From contig CAWDOD010000010.1 in the NCBI GenBank assembly GCA_963803805.1, forward strand, positions 256,001 through 320,000: 64,000 bases of DNA. The letters are read 5' to 3'. Position numbers and translations under genes: made by a program. Below the pieces are notes generated by a model. The model did no database searches and had not been told where the DNA came from. It was given only the letters and a program-made list of their open reading frames with translations. Of the stretch, positions 17,878 to 27,991 are shown piece after piece; within the stretch, counting starts at the first letter, position 1, and every line of letters begins with the position of its first letter. This DNA comes from an uncultured cyanobacterium (GTDB lineage: Bacteria > Cyanobacteriota > Cyanobacteriia > Cyanobacteriales > CAWCAG01).

Positions 17878-20637
17878 ATGCCTTACTTAAGCGACTCTCA
17901 AGCCATTTGGCAAACAATTAACAAACTAACCCAAGCAAAAGTCCTGTGGTTAGATACAGAAGTGGCTGATTGGCGAACCAGAAATCCTCGACTTTCTCTG
18001 ATTCAAGCTTTAGTTGATGCTAAAGATTTTACAGGAGAAACTGCTTATGTTTTAGATGTTTTGCAAACACCAGAATTAATCAACTATTTTATTAGCCAAA
18101 TTATGGCTAATCCTCAGATTGAAAAAGTTTTTCATAACGCAAGTTACGATTTAAGATTTTTAGGGGGAAACAAAGCTAAGAATATTACTTGTACTTTAAA
18201 GTTAGCTAAAAGTAATCGTCACTTATTGCCAGAAGTAACCAACTTACAACTAAAAACCTTAGCCACAGAATTATGTAACTTTCCCGTAGCCGATGTCGAA
18301 CCTCAAGGGAGTGATTGGGGAAAACGTCCTTTAACAGCGACGCAGTTAAAGTATGCTCAAATGGATGTAGTTTATTTGGCACAGTTACATAATTACTTTC
18401 TCAAACTAACTCCCATAAATGTCAGGAAAAGACCTCTTTCTTCCCTCACTGTCACCAAAGTTTGTTTAGCTTTTGAATGTCCCCGTCTTTTTTATCTCGG
18501 ACATAAATCCGGCGGAAAAACCATGTTCGTCCCTGCTAATAAAGCCCCCGGTATTGGTAAAACCTTTCATCAATTGTCTGATCGCTTCGTCAAACTAATC
18601 AAACAAGAAGCTCAATTTCAACAACTATTAATAGCTACTCCACAACAACTAAATGCCACAGAAGTAGCTCAGAAAATGCAAGAATTATTATATGAATTAG
18701 CATTCTTTCCCTATTTACAAAATGCCATTAGAGTTGATCCGGCTAAAGCACAGCCTCTGTATACAATTTGGCAAGGATTACAAAATCTCATTGCACGTTG
18801 GGCAGAATTATTAGTTAGTAACCGTGCCTTTTGCCCTGCCGAAGAAGTTGTCAGTAAAACGTTCATCTCCCAAGAACTAGACATTAGTTACAAATTTATT
18901 TTAAACAACAATGAAGAACAATTAGTTAAAGGCAGATTTGATAGTTTAGTTTATGACTTTTCCCAACATCGGCTTTGTGTTGTCGATTATAAAACCTACC
19001 ATAGCCCCGACAAATCTGCTCAATTAGCTCAAGTTGCTCTCTATGGTTATATGCTTAAAAATAGAGTGGGAGTTCCCATAAATTCAGCCGTTTATACTGT
19101 CTTACCTAGCTGGGAAGAATCAACCTTAACCTGGGAACAATTAGAAGCAACCATTCATCAACTTATTCCCGAAAAACTCAAACAAATACAACAGTGGTTA
19201 AACTGGCAACAACCTCAAACCAATCCACCACCACCTACCTCTCAACCAGAATTACTTTGTCCTCTCTGCCCGCAACAACAAAAGTGTCAAACTTTCTTCC
19301 CAAATCCTCCTTTAATTGAAGGAAAATCTACTACTGCTAATCCCATTCCTAAACCCAAATTTGCTCCTCCACAAAAATCAACTCTTCCTACTAATCTAAC
19401 TGAAGCAAAAACACCAATTACAGAATCTCAATCTACTGTAGAAGCTAATATTCCTGAAACCAAAACAACACCTCAAACTGAGCCAATTATCGCCCCACAA
19501 GTAATTCTTAAAAATGAGCCAACAACTACAGCAAAACCAGTTGAGAAAACTAACCCAAATACAGAACCTCAACCAACTATAGAAGCCGATAAAATTGGTG
19601 AACAAGTAGTAACAATTTTAAAATCATTTAAAACCGATGTTGAATACTTAGGTGCAGATATTGGACCAGCTTTTATTAGAGTTAAACTCAAACCTAACTT
19701 AGGAGTTAAAGTAAGTTCTTTATTGAAATTAGCTGATGACTTACAAGTACAACTAGGCATTAGCAACCCTCCTTTAATTGCTCCGCAAGCTGGTTATGTT
19801 AGCGTTGACTTACCCCGCTCAAAAAGAATAATTGCCCACTTCAAAACTTATATACAACCAGAAAATTCTTCCCCCACAGCCCCAGTTAAAATCGCCATTG
19901 GCATCAACTTAAACAACCAATTAATAGAAGCCAACTTAGCTGACTCCAACACTTGCCATTTCTTAGTAGGAGGAACTACAGGTAGTGGCAAAAGTGAATT
20001 TTTAAGAGCATTACTCCTCAGTCTTTTATATCGCCATCCCCCTAACCAACTAAAAATTGCTTTAGTAGATCCTAAACGAGTCACCTTTCCAGAATTTGAA
20101 AAAATGCCCTGGCTACTTTCCCCGGTAGTTAAAGATAGCGATCGCGCCATTGAATTAATGGAAACATTAGTCATAGAAATGGAACGTCGCTACCAACTTT
20201 TTGAACTCAATTCCTGCCCTAACTTAACTGCCTATAACCAACACCTAGCACAACAGCAAAAAAAACCAGAACCTCCCATCGTTTGCATCTTTGATGAATA
20301 TGCAGACTTTATGGTAGAAAAAGAAACTCGCCAAACCCTAGAACAAAGTATCAAGCGTTTAGGGGCAATGGCAAGGGCGGCTGGTATTCATTTAATCATT
20401 GCTACTCAACGCCCAGAAGCCAGGGTTGTCACCCCCATCATTCGCTCTAACTTACCTGGTAGAATTGCCCTACGTACTGCAAGCGAAGCAGATTCAGAAA
20501 TCATTTTAGGAGGCAAACAAAAAGAAGCAGCTTGTTTATTAGGCAAAGGAGATTTATTGTTTTTAAATAATAGTAAATTAGAACGATTGCAGAGTTTGTA
20601 TGCTCAAGAAATCAAGCTTAATTTAGTTAATAGTTGA
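17878..20637 (+). CDS. Fusion of DEDDy 3'-5' exonuclease, Fe-S PD-(D/E)XK nuclease and FtsK/SpoIIIE ATPase (no TM or gamma domain)
   Basis: WLDTE / FHNASYDL / YAQMD; ECPRLFY, GRFDSL, VVDYKT, QVALY, CPLCPQQQKC; GGTTGSGKS, VDPKRV, IFDEYAD, ATQRP, LLGKGDLL; ATG at 17878, 8 bp after the upstream stop. Confidence 0.88.
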   Translation: MPYLSDSQAIWQTINKLTQAKVLWLDTEVADWRTRNPRLSLIQALVDAKDFTGETAYVLDVLQTPELINYFISQIMANPQIEKVFHNASYDLRFLGGNKAKNITCTLKLAKSNRHLLPEVTNLQLKTLATELCNFPVADVEPQGSDWGKRPLTATQLKYAQMDVVYLAQLHNYFLKLTPINVRKRPLSSLTVTKVCLAFECPRLFYLGHKSGGKTMFVPANKAPGIGKTFHQLSDRFVKLIKQEAQFQQLLIATPQQLNATEVAQKMQELLYELAFFPYLQNAIRVDPAKAQPLYTIWQGLQNLIARWAELLVSNRAFCPAEEVVSKTFISQELDISYKFILNNNEEQLVKGRFDSLVYDFSQHRLCVVDYKTYHSPDKSAQLAQVALYGYMLKNRVGVPINSAVYTVLPSWEESTLTWEQLEATIHQLIPEKLKQIQQWLNWQQPQTNPPPPTSQPELLCPLCPQQQKCQTFFPNPPLIEGKSTTANPIPKPKFAPPQKSTLPTNLTEAKTPITESQSTVEANIPETKTTPQTEPIIAPQVILKNEPTTTAKPVEKTNPNTEPQPTIEADKIGEQVVTILKSFKTDVEYLGADIGPAFIRVKLKPNLGVKVSSLLKLADDLQVQLGISNPPLIAPQAGYVSVDLPRSKRIIAHFKTYIQPENSSPTAPVKIAIGINLNNQLIEANLADSNTCHFLVGGTTGSGKSEFLRALLLSLLYRHPPNQLKIALVDPKRVTFPEFEKMPWLLSPVVKDSDRAIELMETLVIEMERRYQLFELNSCPNLTAYNQHLAQQQKKPEPPIVCIFDEYADFMVEKETRQTLEQSIKRLGAMARAAGIHLIIATQRPEARVVTPIIRSNLPGRIALRTASEADSEIILGGKQKEAACLLGKGDLLFLNNSKLERLQSLYAQEIKLNLVNS

Positions 20638-20646
20638 TAATTAAAA

Positions 20647-21690
20647 ATGGAACAAGAAAACATTAGTTGGTCAGGACTGCTACAACAGTTATTAGATCAA
20701 GAGTCTCTTTCTCAAAATCAAGCCTCTATTCTCATGGAAGGTTGGTTACAAGAAAAAATTCCCCCTGTCCTTTCTGGGGCGATTTTAGCGGCACTCCAAG
20801 CTAAAGGCGTATCGGCTGCTGAATTAGCGGGAATGGCCAAAGTCTTAAAATCTCAGTCTTTGCAACAAGAAACTCTGCAACATAACCAACCTGTTATTGA
20901 TACTTGCGGTACAGGAGGGGACGGGGCAGCCACTTTTAATATTTCCACAGCAGTAGCCTTTGTTTGTGCTGCTGCTGGGGTTGCTGTAGCTAAACATGGC
21001 AATCGTTCAGCTTCTAGCAAAGTTGGTTCTGCGGATGTCTTAGAAGCATTAGGCATCAATCTTTCTGCCCCTGCCGCAAAAGTACAAGCTGCCCTACAAG
21101 AAGTAGGTGTCACCTTCCTTTTCGCCCCTGGTTGGCATCCTGCCATGAAGAGTGTTGCTTCCCTACGCCGCACCTTAAAAATTAGAACAGTGTTTAATCT
21201 CCTTGGCCCTTTAGTCAATCCCTTAAGCCCCACGGGACAAGTGATTGGCGTTTCCAACCCTGAATTTCTCACCCCAATGGCAGAAGCCCTCAACCAAATA
21301 GGTATACCTAAAGCTATGGTTTTACATGGTCGGGAAAAACTAGATGAAGCAGGATTAGCAGATGCCACAGATTTAGCCTTAGTTGCCCAAGGAAAGACTG
21401 AAACCACCAGTATCAATCCCTCCGAGTTAGGTTTAGCTTACGCCCCTACAACAGCCTTACAAGGCGGTGACATAGCCGAAAACACGACTATTCTCACAAA
21501 CATTTTGCAAGGTAAAGGAACTAAGGCACAACAGGATGTTGTCGCCTTGAATACTTCCTTAGCTTTGCAAGTTGCTGATGCTGTTCCTTGGGGAGAATAT
21601 CAACAAGGCATCAAGTTAGCCAAGGATATTCTGGGTAGTGGGGAAGCTTGGTTAAAAGTAGAAGAATTAGCCAAGTTTCTAGCTGCCTAA
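20647..21690 (+). CDS. trpD: Anthranilate phosphoribosyltransferase
   Basis: [32 protein letters not shown]. Confidence 0.97.
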   Translation: MEQENISWSGLLQQLLDQESLSQNQASILMEGWLQEKIPPVLSGAILAALQAKGVSAAELAGMAKVLKSQSLQQETLQHNQPVIDTCGTGGDGAATFNISTAVAFVCAAAGVAVAKHGNRSASSKVGSADVLEALGINLSAPAAKVQAALQEVGVTFLFAPGWHPAMKSVASLRRTLKIRTVFNLLGPLVNPLSPTGQVIGVSNPEFLTPMAEALNQIGIPKAMVLHGREKLDEAGLADATDLALVAQGKTETTSINPSELGLAYAPTTALQGGDIAENTTILTNILQGKGTKAQQDVVALNTSLALQVADAVPWGEYQQGIKLAKDILGSGEAWLKVEELAKFLAA

Positions 21691-21713
21691 TTTCTACTCT
21701 AAAATTTTAATCA

Positions 21714-21742
21714 CCATTAGCCATTAGCCATTAGCTATTAGC
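21714..21742. repeat. Heptamer tandem repeat (CCATTAG/CTATTAG)n
   Basis: Four copies; related TAGC-core heptamer runs near 13180, 24341, 26622, 34525, 48870 and 56704. Confidence 0.75.
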
Positions 21743-21755
21743 AAAACTATCAATT

Positions 21756-22577
21756 GTGCAAAAAAAACTAACTATGGCGATTACGCTCCGCGTAGCAGCA
21801 AAGCTGAGCGCAACTATTTTTATCTTCCTGCAAACGGGCTGTGATTTTCTCTTAGGGTTTGATACCCCAACCAACCCTCACTTACTATTGGGTAATCCTA
21901 GCAATGCTGGATTAGAACCAAATAATTATTTAATAGAAAAGCCTCAATATGTTTTATCCTACAATCGAGAACGGGGAACAGCTAATTGGGTAGCTTGGCA
22001 GCTTAACCAAAGTTGGTTAGGTAAAGTAGAAAGACAAGATGATTTTCGTCCCGATGCCACCTTACCAGAAGATTGGTATCAAGTCAGACCAAACGACTAT
22101 AGAGGAAGCGGCTATGATCGTGGTCATCTTACCCCTTCAGCAGATCGCACAGACACTATAGAAGATAACTCAGCGACTTTTTTAATGACCAACATTGTAC
22201 CCCAAACCCCAAATAACAATCGGGGTGCATGGCGAGAGTTAGAAGAATATTGTCGAGAATTAGTAGAGGAAGGGAAAGAACTTTACATCATTGCTGGAGT
22301 TTATGGGGAAAGGGAAAAAATTGGCCCTGATAGACAAATAACCGTACCAACCTATACTTGGAAAGTTATCGTGGTTTTAGATGAACCAGGAGCAGGTTTA
22401 AATAATATCTCCGAAAATACTAGAATTATCGCTGTAGATGTGACCAATCGTGTCAATACCAGTTCAGATTGGGAAAACTATCAAGTCAGTGTCGATCAAC
22501 TAGAAGCTAAAACTGGCTACGACTTCCTTAATCGTGTTCCCGTCTCAATTCAAGATGTGATTGAAAGTAGAAGGTAG
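21756..22577 (+). CDS. Sugar-non-specific DNA/RNA endonuclease (NucA-like), probable lipoprotein
   Basis: LLLGNPS, YDRGHLTPSAD, FLMTNIVPQ, NRGAW; lipobox-like LQTGC. Confidence 0.9.
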   Translation: MQKKLTMAITLRVAAKLSATIFIFLQTGCDFLLGFDTPTNPHLLLGNPSNAGLEPNNYLIEKPQYVLSYNRERGTANWVAWQLNQSWLGKVERQDDFRPDATLPEDWYQVRPNDYRGSGYDRGHLTPSADRTDTIEDNSATFLMTNIVPQTPNNNRGAWRELEEYCRELVEEGKELYIIAGVYGEREKIGPDRQITVPTYTWKVIVVLDEPGAGLNNISENTRIIAVDVTNRVNTSSDWENYQVSVDQLEAKTGYDFLNRVPVSIQDVIESRR

Positions 22578-22675
22578 AGAAATTAAATTTGTAACTTAGA
22601 TCAGGTGATTCTCTTCCGGAGACGCTACGCGATCGCTCTTGGAAAAAAATTAAACGAAAGAATACCAGCCAAGCC

Positions 22676-24304
22676 ATGAATCTTATCTCCCTTCTGCTGC
22701 GTACTTCCTGGTTAACAGTGGTTTTAGCGGTTATTACAGGCTTATTAAGTGGGGCTAGTAGTACAGGCTTAATTGCCTTAACTAACACTGCCTTAACTAA
22801 TAGTCGTTGGTCTGAACAACAACTTTTACTCAGCTTTATTGGGTTATGCTTTACTCTATTAATAGCTAATTTATGCTCGCAAATTCTGCTTGCCCGTCTT
22901 TCCCAAGGAGCTGTATTCGACTTAAGAATTTACCTCAGCCGTCGCATTCTCGCCTCACCTTTACGGAAGTTAGAAGAAGTTGGTACAGCTAGTTTACTGG
23001 CAACCCTAATTGATGATGTGCAATCGGTTTCTTTACTTCTATCGCGCTTACCTTTCATCTTCACCAACTTAGCCATTTTAGTTAGCTGTTTGATTTATTT
23101 AGGCTGGCTTTCTTTATCAGTCTTTTGGTTAATGTTAGTTGTTCTGGTAGTAGCTGTAGTTAGTGTTGAATTACTAATTTCTCAAGGGGGAAAAATGTTC
23201 TCCTTAGCTAGGGAGGAACAAGATTCTCTATTTCAGCACTTTCGTACTATTACAGAAGGAATCAAAGAACTTAAATTACATCAACCCCGTCAAGAAGCCT
23301 TTTTTAAACAAGATTTAGTAGCTACAGCAGACGCTTCTAGGTGTTACAAAATCAAAGCCTTTACCACTTTTTCCTTTGCTTCAAGTTGGGGGCTGATGAA
23401 TCTATTTATTGCCTTGGGGATAATTGTTTTTCTTGTCCCCAAAATTGTAGCAACAACTCCAGAGATTTTATCGGGTTATGCTTTAATCACTATTTATTTG
23501 ACCTTGCCTTTAAATGCCATAATTAATACCCTTCCTGACTTTACCACAGCAGCGATCGCCCTAAATAAGATCGACTCATTAGGTTTATCCTTAACAGCAG
23601 ATACCAAAGAAAAAGAAGCACCTGATTTAGCTCCTATCCAAAACTCCTGGCAACACTTACACCTTGCTAATATTACCCATAGCTACCATAACGAAAAAGA
23701 AGATAGTAACTTTACTTTAGGTCCAATTAATCTCACCATTAAAGCCGGAGAACTAATTTTTATTGTGGGAGGCAACGGTAGCGGCAAATCTACCTTAGCC
23801 AAACTAATTACCGGGCTATATTCTCCTGAATCTGGAGTTATTTCTTTGGATCAACAACCTATCAAAGATCATAATCGGGGGTGGTATCGCCAACATTTTG
23901 CCGTTGTTTTTGCTGATTTTTATCTTTTTGAGCGTCTTATTGGCATCAACAAACCTGAGTTTTTGAAAACAGCCCAGGAGTTTTTGAGAAAACTACAACT
24001 CGAACATAAAGTAAAAATTGAGCAAGGAAAGCTTTCTACCACTGCTTTATCTCAAGGGCAGCGCAAAAGATTAGCCCTGTTAAATGCTTATTTAGAAGAT
24101 CGCCCCATTTATTTATTTGATGAATGGGCTTCAGATCAAGATCCTGCGTTTCGAGAGATTTTTTATAGCCAATTATTGCAGGAACTAAAAAACAGAGGCA
24201 AAACTCTACTAGTAATAAGTCATGATGATCATTATTTCCATTTAGCAGACAGAATCATCAAATTAGATTATGGTCAAGTTGAATACGACAATTATCAAAG
24301 ATAA
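22676..24304 (+). CDS. Cyclic peptide export ABC transporter (SyrD/PvdE/YojI family)
   Basis: TMD plus NBD, GGNGSGKS, LSQGQRKRL, FDEWASDQDP, ISHDD. Confidence 0.92.
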   Translation: MNLISLLLRTSWLTVVLAVITGLLSGASSTGLIALTNTALTNSRWSEQQLLLSFIGLCFTLLIANLCSQILLARLSQGAVFDLRIYLSRRILASPLRKLEEVGTASLLATLIDDVQSVSLLLSRLPFIFTNLAILVSCLIYLGWLSLSVFWLMLVVLVVAVVSVELLISQGGKMFSLAREEQDSLFQHFRTITEGIKELKLHQPRQEAFFKQDLVATADASRCYKIKAFTTFSFASSWGLMNLFIALGIIVFLVPKIVATTPEILSGYALITIYLTLPLNAIINTLPDFTTAAIALNKIDSLGLSLTADTKEKEAPDLAPIQNSWQHLHLANITHSYHNEKEDSNFTLGPINLTIKAGELIFIVGGNGSGKSTLAKLITGLYSPESGVISLDQQPIKDHNRGWYRQHFAVVFADFYLFERLIGINKPEFLKTAQEFLRKLQLEHKVKIEQGKLSTTALSQGQRKRLALLNAYLEDRPIYLFDEWASDQDPAFREIFYSQLLQELKNRGKTLLVISHDDHYFHLADRIIKLDYGQVEYDNYQR

Positions 24305-24436
24305 AAGGTAGTGATGATGAGATGATAATGAAGAAACAATTAGCTATTAGCTATTAGCCATTAGCCACTAGCTATTAACTGTTTCAATATCTGTAACGGC
24401 GAACTTAATAGCTTTGTATTTGTTTAATCTATATTT

Positions 24437-25024
24437 ATGCAGCCCACCGTGACGACGTATCCGTCTGTTCCCCAGTGGGAGGAATTGTCCCTCGCCCAAG
24501 CACCCAATGCTAAGCAACTCGACAATATAAAATCCCACTTGGACTTAGTATTACTCGCCCTAGAAGCCCTTACCGCCATTGGATCTGAGGCTATGCTCAA
24601 AGCAGCCACAGATTTGGGGTTAGAGTCGGTTATTGGCGATCGCGTAGCCCTTTGGCGGTTGCGCCAAGCTAACCCGCAACGTAAAAGTTCAGGAGGCAGG
24701 AAAAAACTTGATGTAGAAGAAGCGCGATCGCTAGTTCTGATTATTTGTCACTTAGCCCAAGAGTACCAAGAGTTAATTCGCCGTGCTGTGAGCTTACTTG
24801 AACAAATGGCAGAACAAAATCAAGAACCTCATCGTAGTGCTTTATTAGGAGACTATCTAGATGTGTTCAGTAATACCTATCAAGAACGCATGGAAGACGG
24901 CGAGGAGATATCTTCTACCTTTTTGTCTCAGTTGGCATTCAAACTTTTAATTGATTTACTATTCTATAGCGCCCCCAAGGGGCATCGTCGTCTCTGGTTA
25001 GCTTTATTAGATTATGCCAAATAA
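24437..25024 (+). CDS. DUF3038 family protein
   Basis: LDLVLLALEAL, DRVALWRLRQANPQR, LLIDLLFYS...RLW. Confidence 0.85.
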   Translation: MQPTVTTYPSVPQWEELSLAQAPNAKQLDNIKSHLDLVLLALEALTAIGSEAMLKAATDLGLESVIGDRVALWRLRQANPQRKSSGGRKKLDVEEARSLVLIICHLAQEYQELIRRAVSLLEQMAEQNQEPHRSALLGDYLDVFSNTYQERMEDGEEISSTFLSQLAFKLLIDLLFYSAPKGHRRLWLALLDYAK

Positions 25025-25126
25025 AGGTTTTTGCTATTAGCTAGCTGAAGATATCTTACAAATCTAAAAACTATTCTATTCTATGTTTCTCTTGCTCCGC
25101 TTATCCATATTCTCACTTCTTCGGCG

Positions 25127-26620
25127 ATGGTAATTTCTAACTCAGTTGTCAGAATTTATACCCCTCCTACTTGTACCCTCAAAATTGTGGGTAAAAGTTC
25201 TCCCTTAGCACGTTGGGTAGGGGGAACAGTGTTGAAAAAAATGCGTTTCGAGTTGCGCTTCGATGATCCTCGTAAGCATAAAGATGAGCAGATTAAAGTT
25301 AAAGGAGAACAAGAAGAATTAGAGTTGTTGTGCGAAGTTGTCACAGAGTATATACAAAAATTCCTCCATCGTTCAGCTTTAGATTTACCTTTATTAACTC
25401 CAGAAACAACCACCTTAGAACGTTCTTTTTCTGAGGTCTTAAATCATCAAAGTGATAAAGTAGTTCCTTTCCCGGAAACTAATAATTCCGAAACTGAAAC
25501 AGAAGCAGAAGAATCACAAACATCCTCTCTCAGCCCTCCTCCTTTCGCCAGAGGACCTCGTTTAGAGTCAAAGGGTTTATTAGCTCACCAATTCCATTTA
25601 GGCTATTTGGGAAGCGAGGAAGCAAGGGAAAATGTTACTTTAAGTACTACACAACTATTTGATTTGGCTACAGCTTTAGATGAGTATGCCGAAGATATCG
25701 TCGCTTTGCCTTTTCTTAAAGATAGCGATCGCTCCGTAATCCCATATTGGGCAGGCACTGCGGCTGCGGTGGTAATAGCTGTGGGTTTAACTGCTGTTGG
25801 TATGAGGATGTTAGACAATTCTCCAGACGGACAAACCGTCGCTGATGTCAACGAGAGTTCCAACTCCCAAGCCCCCATTGGCATTGTACCCCCTCCTTCT
25901 GTTCCAGCAGTTTCTCCTACCCCTACCCCCACTCTTCCCTCAGCTTTAAAATCGAAAGAAAAACTAAAACCTCCTGGGGCTGTAAAAAGAGGCAGCGACG
26001 GAACCTCAACTCAACCTAGCAGCAGTAGTGGCACTAATATAGGAGCTACCGGCCCTAGCCAACCACCAAAAACTCCTAATTCAAGTAAAACTACTATTCC
26101 ATCTGTGGGGCCAGCACAACCAGCTAAGGCTCCTAGTGTAGCACCAGAAAAAACAGTTATACCCCCAACTGTAAGACCAGCACCTCCAGAAGTAAAGCCT
26201 TCTGTCCCCTCTAGAATAGATGGAACACCAACTATACCAGGTTTGCCACCCCTTGGGAATGATGATAAACGTACCGCCGGATTAGAAGAATCTCAAGGTG
26301 ATACTGCTTTGAGGCTTCCTCCTCAAGATCGTCTGTCTGATGTCATACCTCAAGTAGCTGAAGTTAGAAACTATTTCCAAGGAAATTGGAACCCTCCCCA
26401 GGATGTTACTAAACCTTTGGAGTATCAGTTAGTGTTAAATAGCGATGGTTCTCTAAGAACTGTTGTTCCTGTAGGGCAAGCTGCAACTACCCATATAGAA
26501 TCTACTAGTATGCCAATATTAGGGCAACAATTTGTTTCACCACTTTCAGGGGCGCAAAGCCGTATAATTCGCCTAGTGCTTTATCCTGATCGTAAGGTAG
26601 AAACTTTTTTAGAGCGGTGA
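25127..26620 (+). CDS. DUF4335 domain membrane protein
   Basis: RIYTPPTCTL, LSTTQLFDLATALDEY, one TM segment, Pro-rich linker; usual neighbour of DUF3038. Confidence 0.8.
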   Translation: MVISNSVVRIYTPPTCTLKIVGKSSPLARWVGGTVLKKMRFELRFDDPRKHKDEQIKVKGEQEELELLCEVVTEYIQKFLHRSALDLPLLTPETTTLERSFSEVLNHQSDKVVPFPETNNSETETEAEESQTSSLSPPPFARGPRLESKGLLAHQFHLGYLGSEEARENVTLSTTQLFDLATALDEYAEDIVALPFLKDSDRSVIPYWAGTAAAVVIAVGLTAVGMRMLDNSPDGQTVADVNESSNSQAPIGIVPPPSVPAVSPTPTPTLPSALKSKEKLKPPGAVKRGSDGTSTQPSSSSGTNIGATGPSQPPKTPNSSKTTIPSVGPAQPAKAPSVAPEKTVIPPTVRPAPPEVKPSVPSRIDGTPTIPGLPPLGNDDKRTAGLEESQGDTALRLPPQDRLSDVIPQVAEVRNYFQGNWNPPQDVTKPLEYQLVLNSDGSLRTVVPVGQAATTHIESTSMPILGQQFVSPLSGAQSRIIRLVLYPDRKVETFLER

Positions 26621-26636
26621 TGCTAGTTGCTAATGG

Positions 26637-27630
26637 CTACGATTTATTAACCATTATCTTCCCAAAAGCCATCACTGCTTTAGTTAAAGCAGCAAGCAAA
26701 AGAACAATTTCCACTTCTCTGCCATAAAGCTTTTGAGAAATTTGCAAATTTTGACATAAGATCATGCTTTCCCAAGAAAAAAGGTTTGATTTCACCTTTG
26801 GTTTCTAATTGATAAAGACACAGTTCTAAATCAGCTTCTAAACCCCAACAACTTTGATAACGATCTTCAGCATTTTTTGCCAATAATTTCATGACAATCT
26901 CAGAGATAATTGGTGGGATTTTGGAGTTAATATAATGAGGAGGAATTGGCTGTTTAGCTATGTGAGCATATACCAACTCTCCGGCATCTTTGCTATCAAA
27001 AGGAAGCTGTTGAGTAAGTAGTTCGTAAAAGGTTACTCCCAGAGAATAAAAATCAGTGCGGTAGTCCACCACTCGATTTATTTTTCCCGTTTGTTCGGGA
27101 GATAAATAAGCAAGGGTAGATTCAATTTCTTGGGGGGCTTTAAATTGAGACTTTTCTGTATTTAAGATTGTCGCAATACCAAAATCAATAATTTTGAGTA
27201 AACCATTTTGGCCATTGTAAATAAGATGGTTAGGATTAATATCTTGATGAATAATCTTTTTAGCATGAATCAAACCTAAACTAGCTGTAATTTTACTTGC
27301 CGTTGTCAAGAATGCCTGGAGAGAAATGGGTTCACTGCGATTCTTCAACAAAGTCTTCAAAGATTCCCCTCCAAAGTCCTCTAAAACAATGACGAAACCC
27401 CTTTGGTAGGTTTCTAAACTATAAGCTCTAATTACCCCTTCTAAATTCAAAGAAGAGATGATTTCATACTCTTGTTTATATCTAGTTAGTTCCTGGCGAG
27501 TAGGATATTCTTGCTTTAGTACTTTGATAATTACTGATTTGGCATCATCTTCTCTCATACCGCGATATACCCGCGAACGAGAACCTTCATATATTTGCTC
27601 AGTAATTCGATAATTAGCAAGAGTAATCAT
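26637..27630 (-). pseudogene. Truncated Ser/Thr kinase, N-terminal remnant of a kinase-AAA-sensor multidomain gene
   Basis: KIIDFG, YLSPEQTG, DFYSLG; after a frameshift near 26745 the alternative frame reads QISQKLYGREVEIVLLLAA (start of the AAA module) and then stops; catalytic loop HQDINPNH is degenerate. Confidence 0.75.
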
Positions 27631-27634
27631 AAAA

Positions 27635-27991
27635 TCACTTCTCTAAAGTGAGAACTGTGAGTTCAGGAGTTTGGATGAATTTGCCATCTTCATCAGGCTC
27701 AAAATTCATAACACCAAACACCGCATCTGTATTTAGGGAACCATAAATGTGGGGAAAGTAACCTTCTTGATCGTTTCCTTCATAACGAACTTCTGCTTGC
27801 AGTTTTTCTGAATTTATTAATAAAAGTAATAGTCTGGGCTGGCCCCTAAAAAAGTTATTAGCTGTTGCCACAACTTGTTTCGGTGTTGAACAATGAATGA
27901 AACCTTCACGCTTCAGGGTATCACTACGATAAACCCCTGTTAATTGAGCTTCTTCCCACTGTTGAATCTCTGCAATATGTAAGATAGTCAT
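27635..27991 (-). CDS. DUF952 family protein
   Basis: EGFIHCST, FPHIYGSLN. Confidence 0.9.
   Translation of the reverse strand: MTILHIAEIQQWEEAQLTGVYRSDTLKREGFIHCSTPKQVVATANNFFRGQPRLLLLLINSEKLQAEVRYEGNDQEGYFPHIYGSLNTDAVFGVMNFEPDEDGKFIQTPELTVLTLEK

Noticed and set aside
20853-21416. 187-aa antisense ORF and other short ORFs overlapping known genes on the opposite strand or in another frame
   Set aside because: Shadow ORFs of well-supported genes such as trpD, smc, coaBC and guaB
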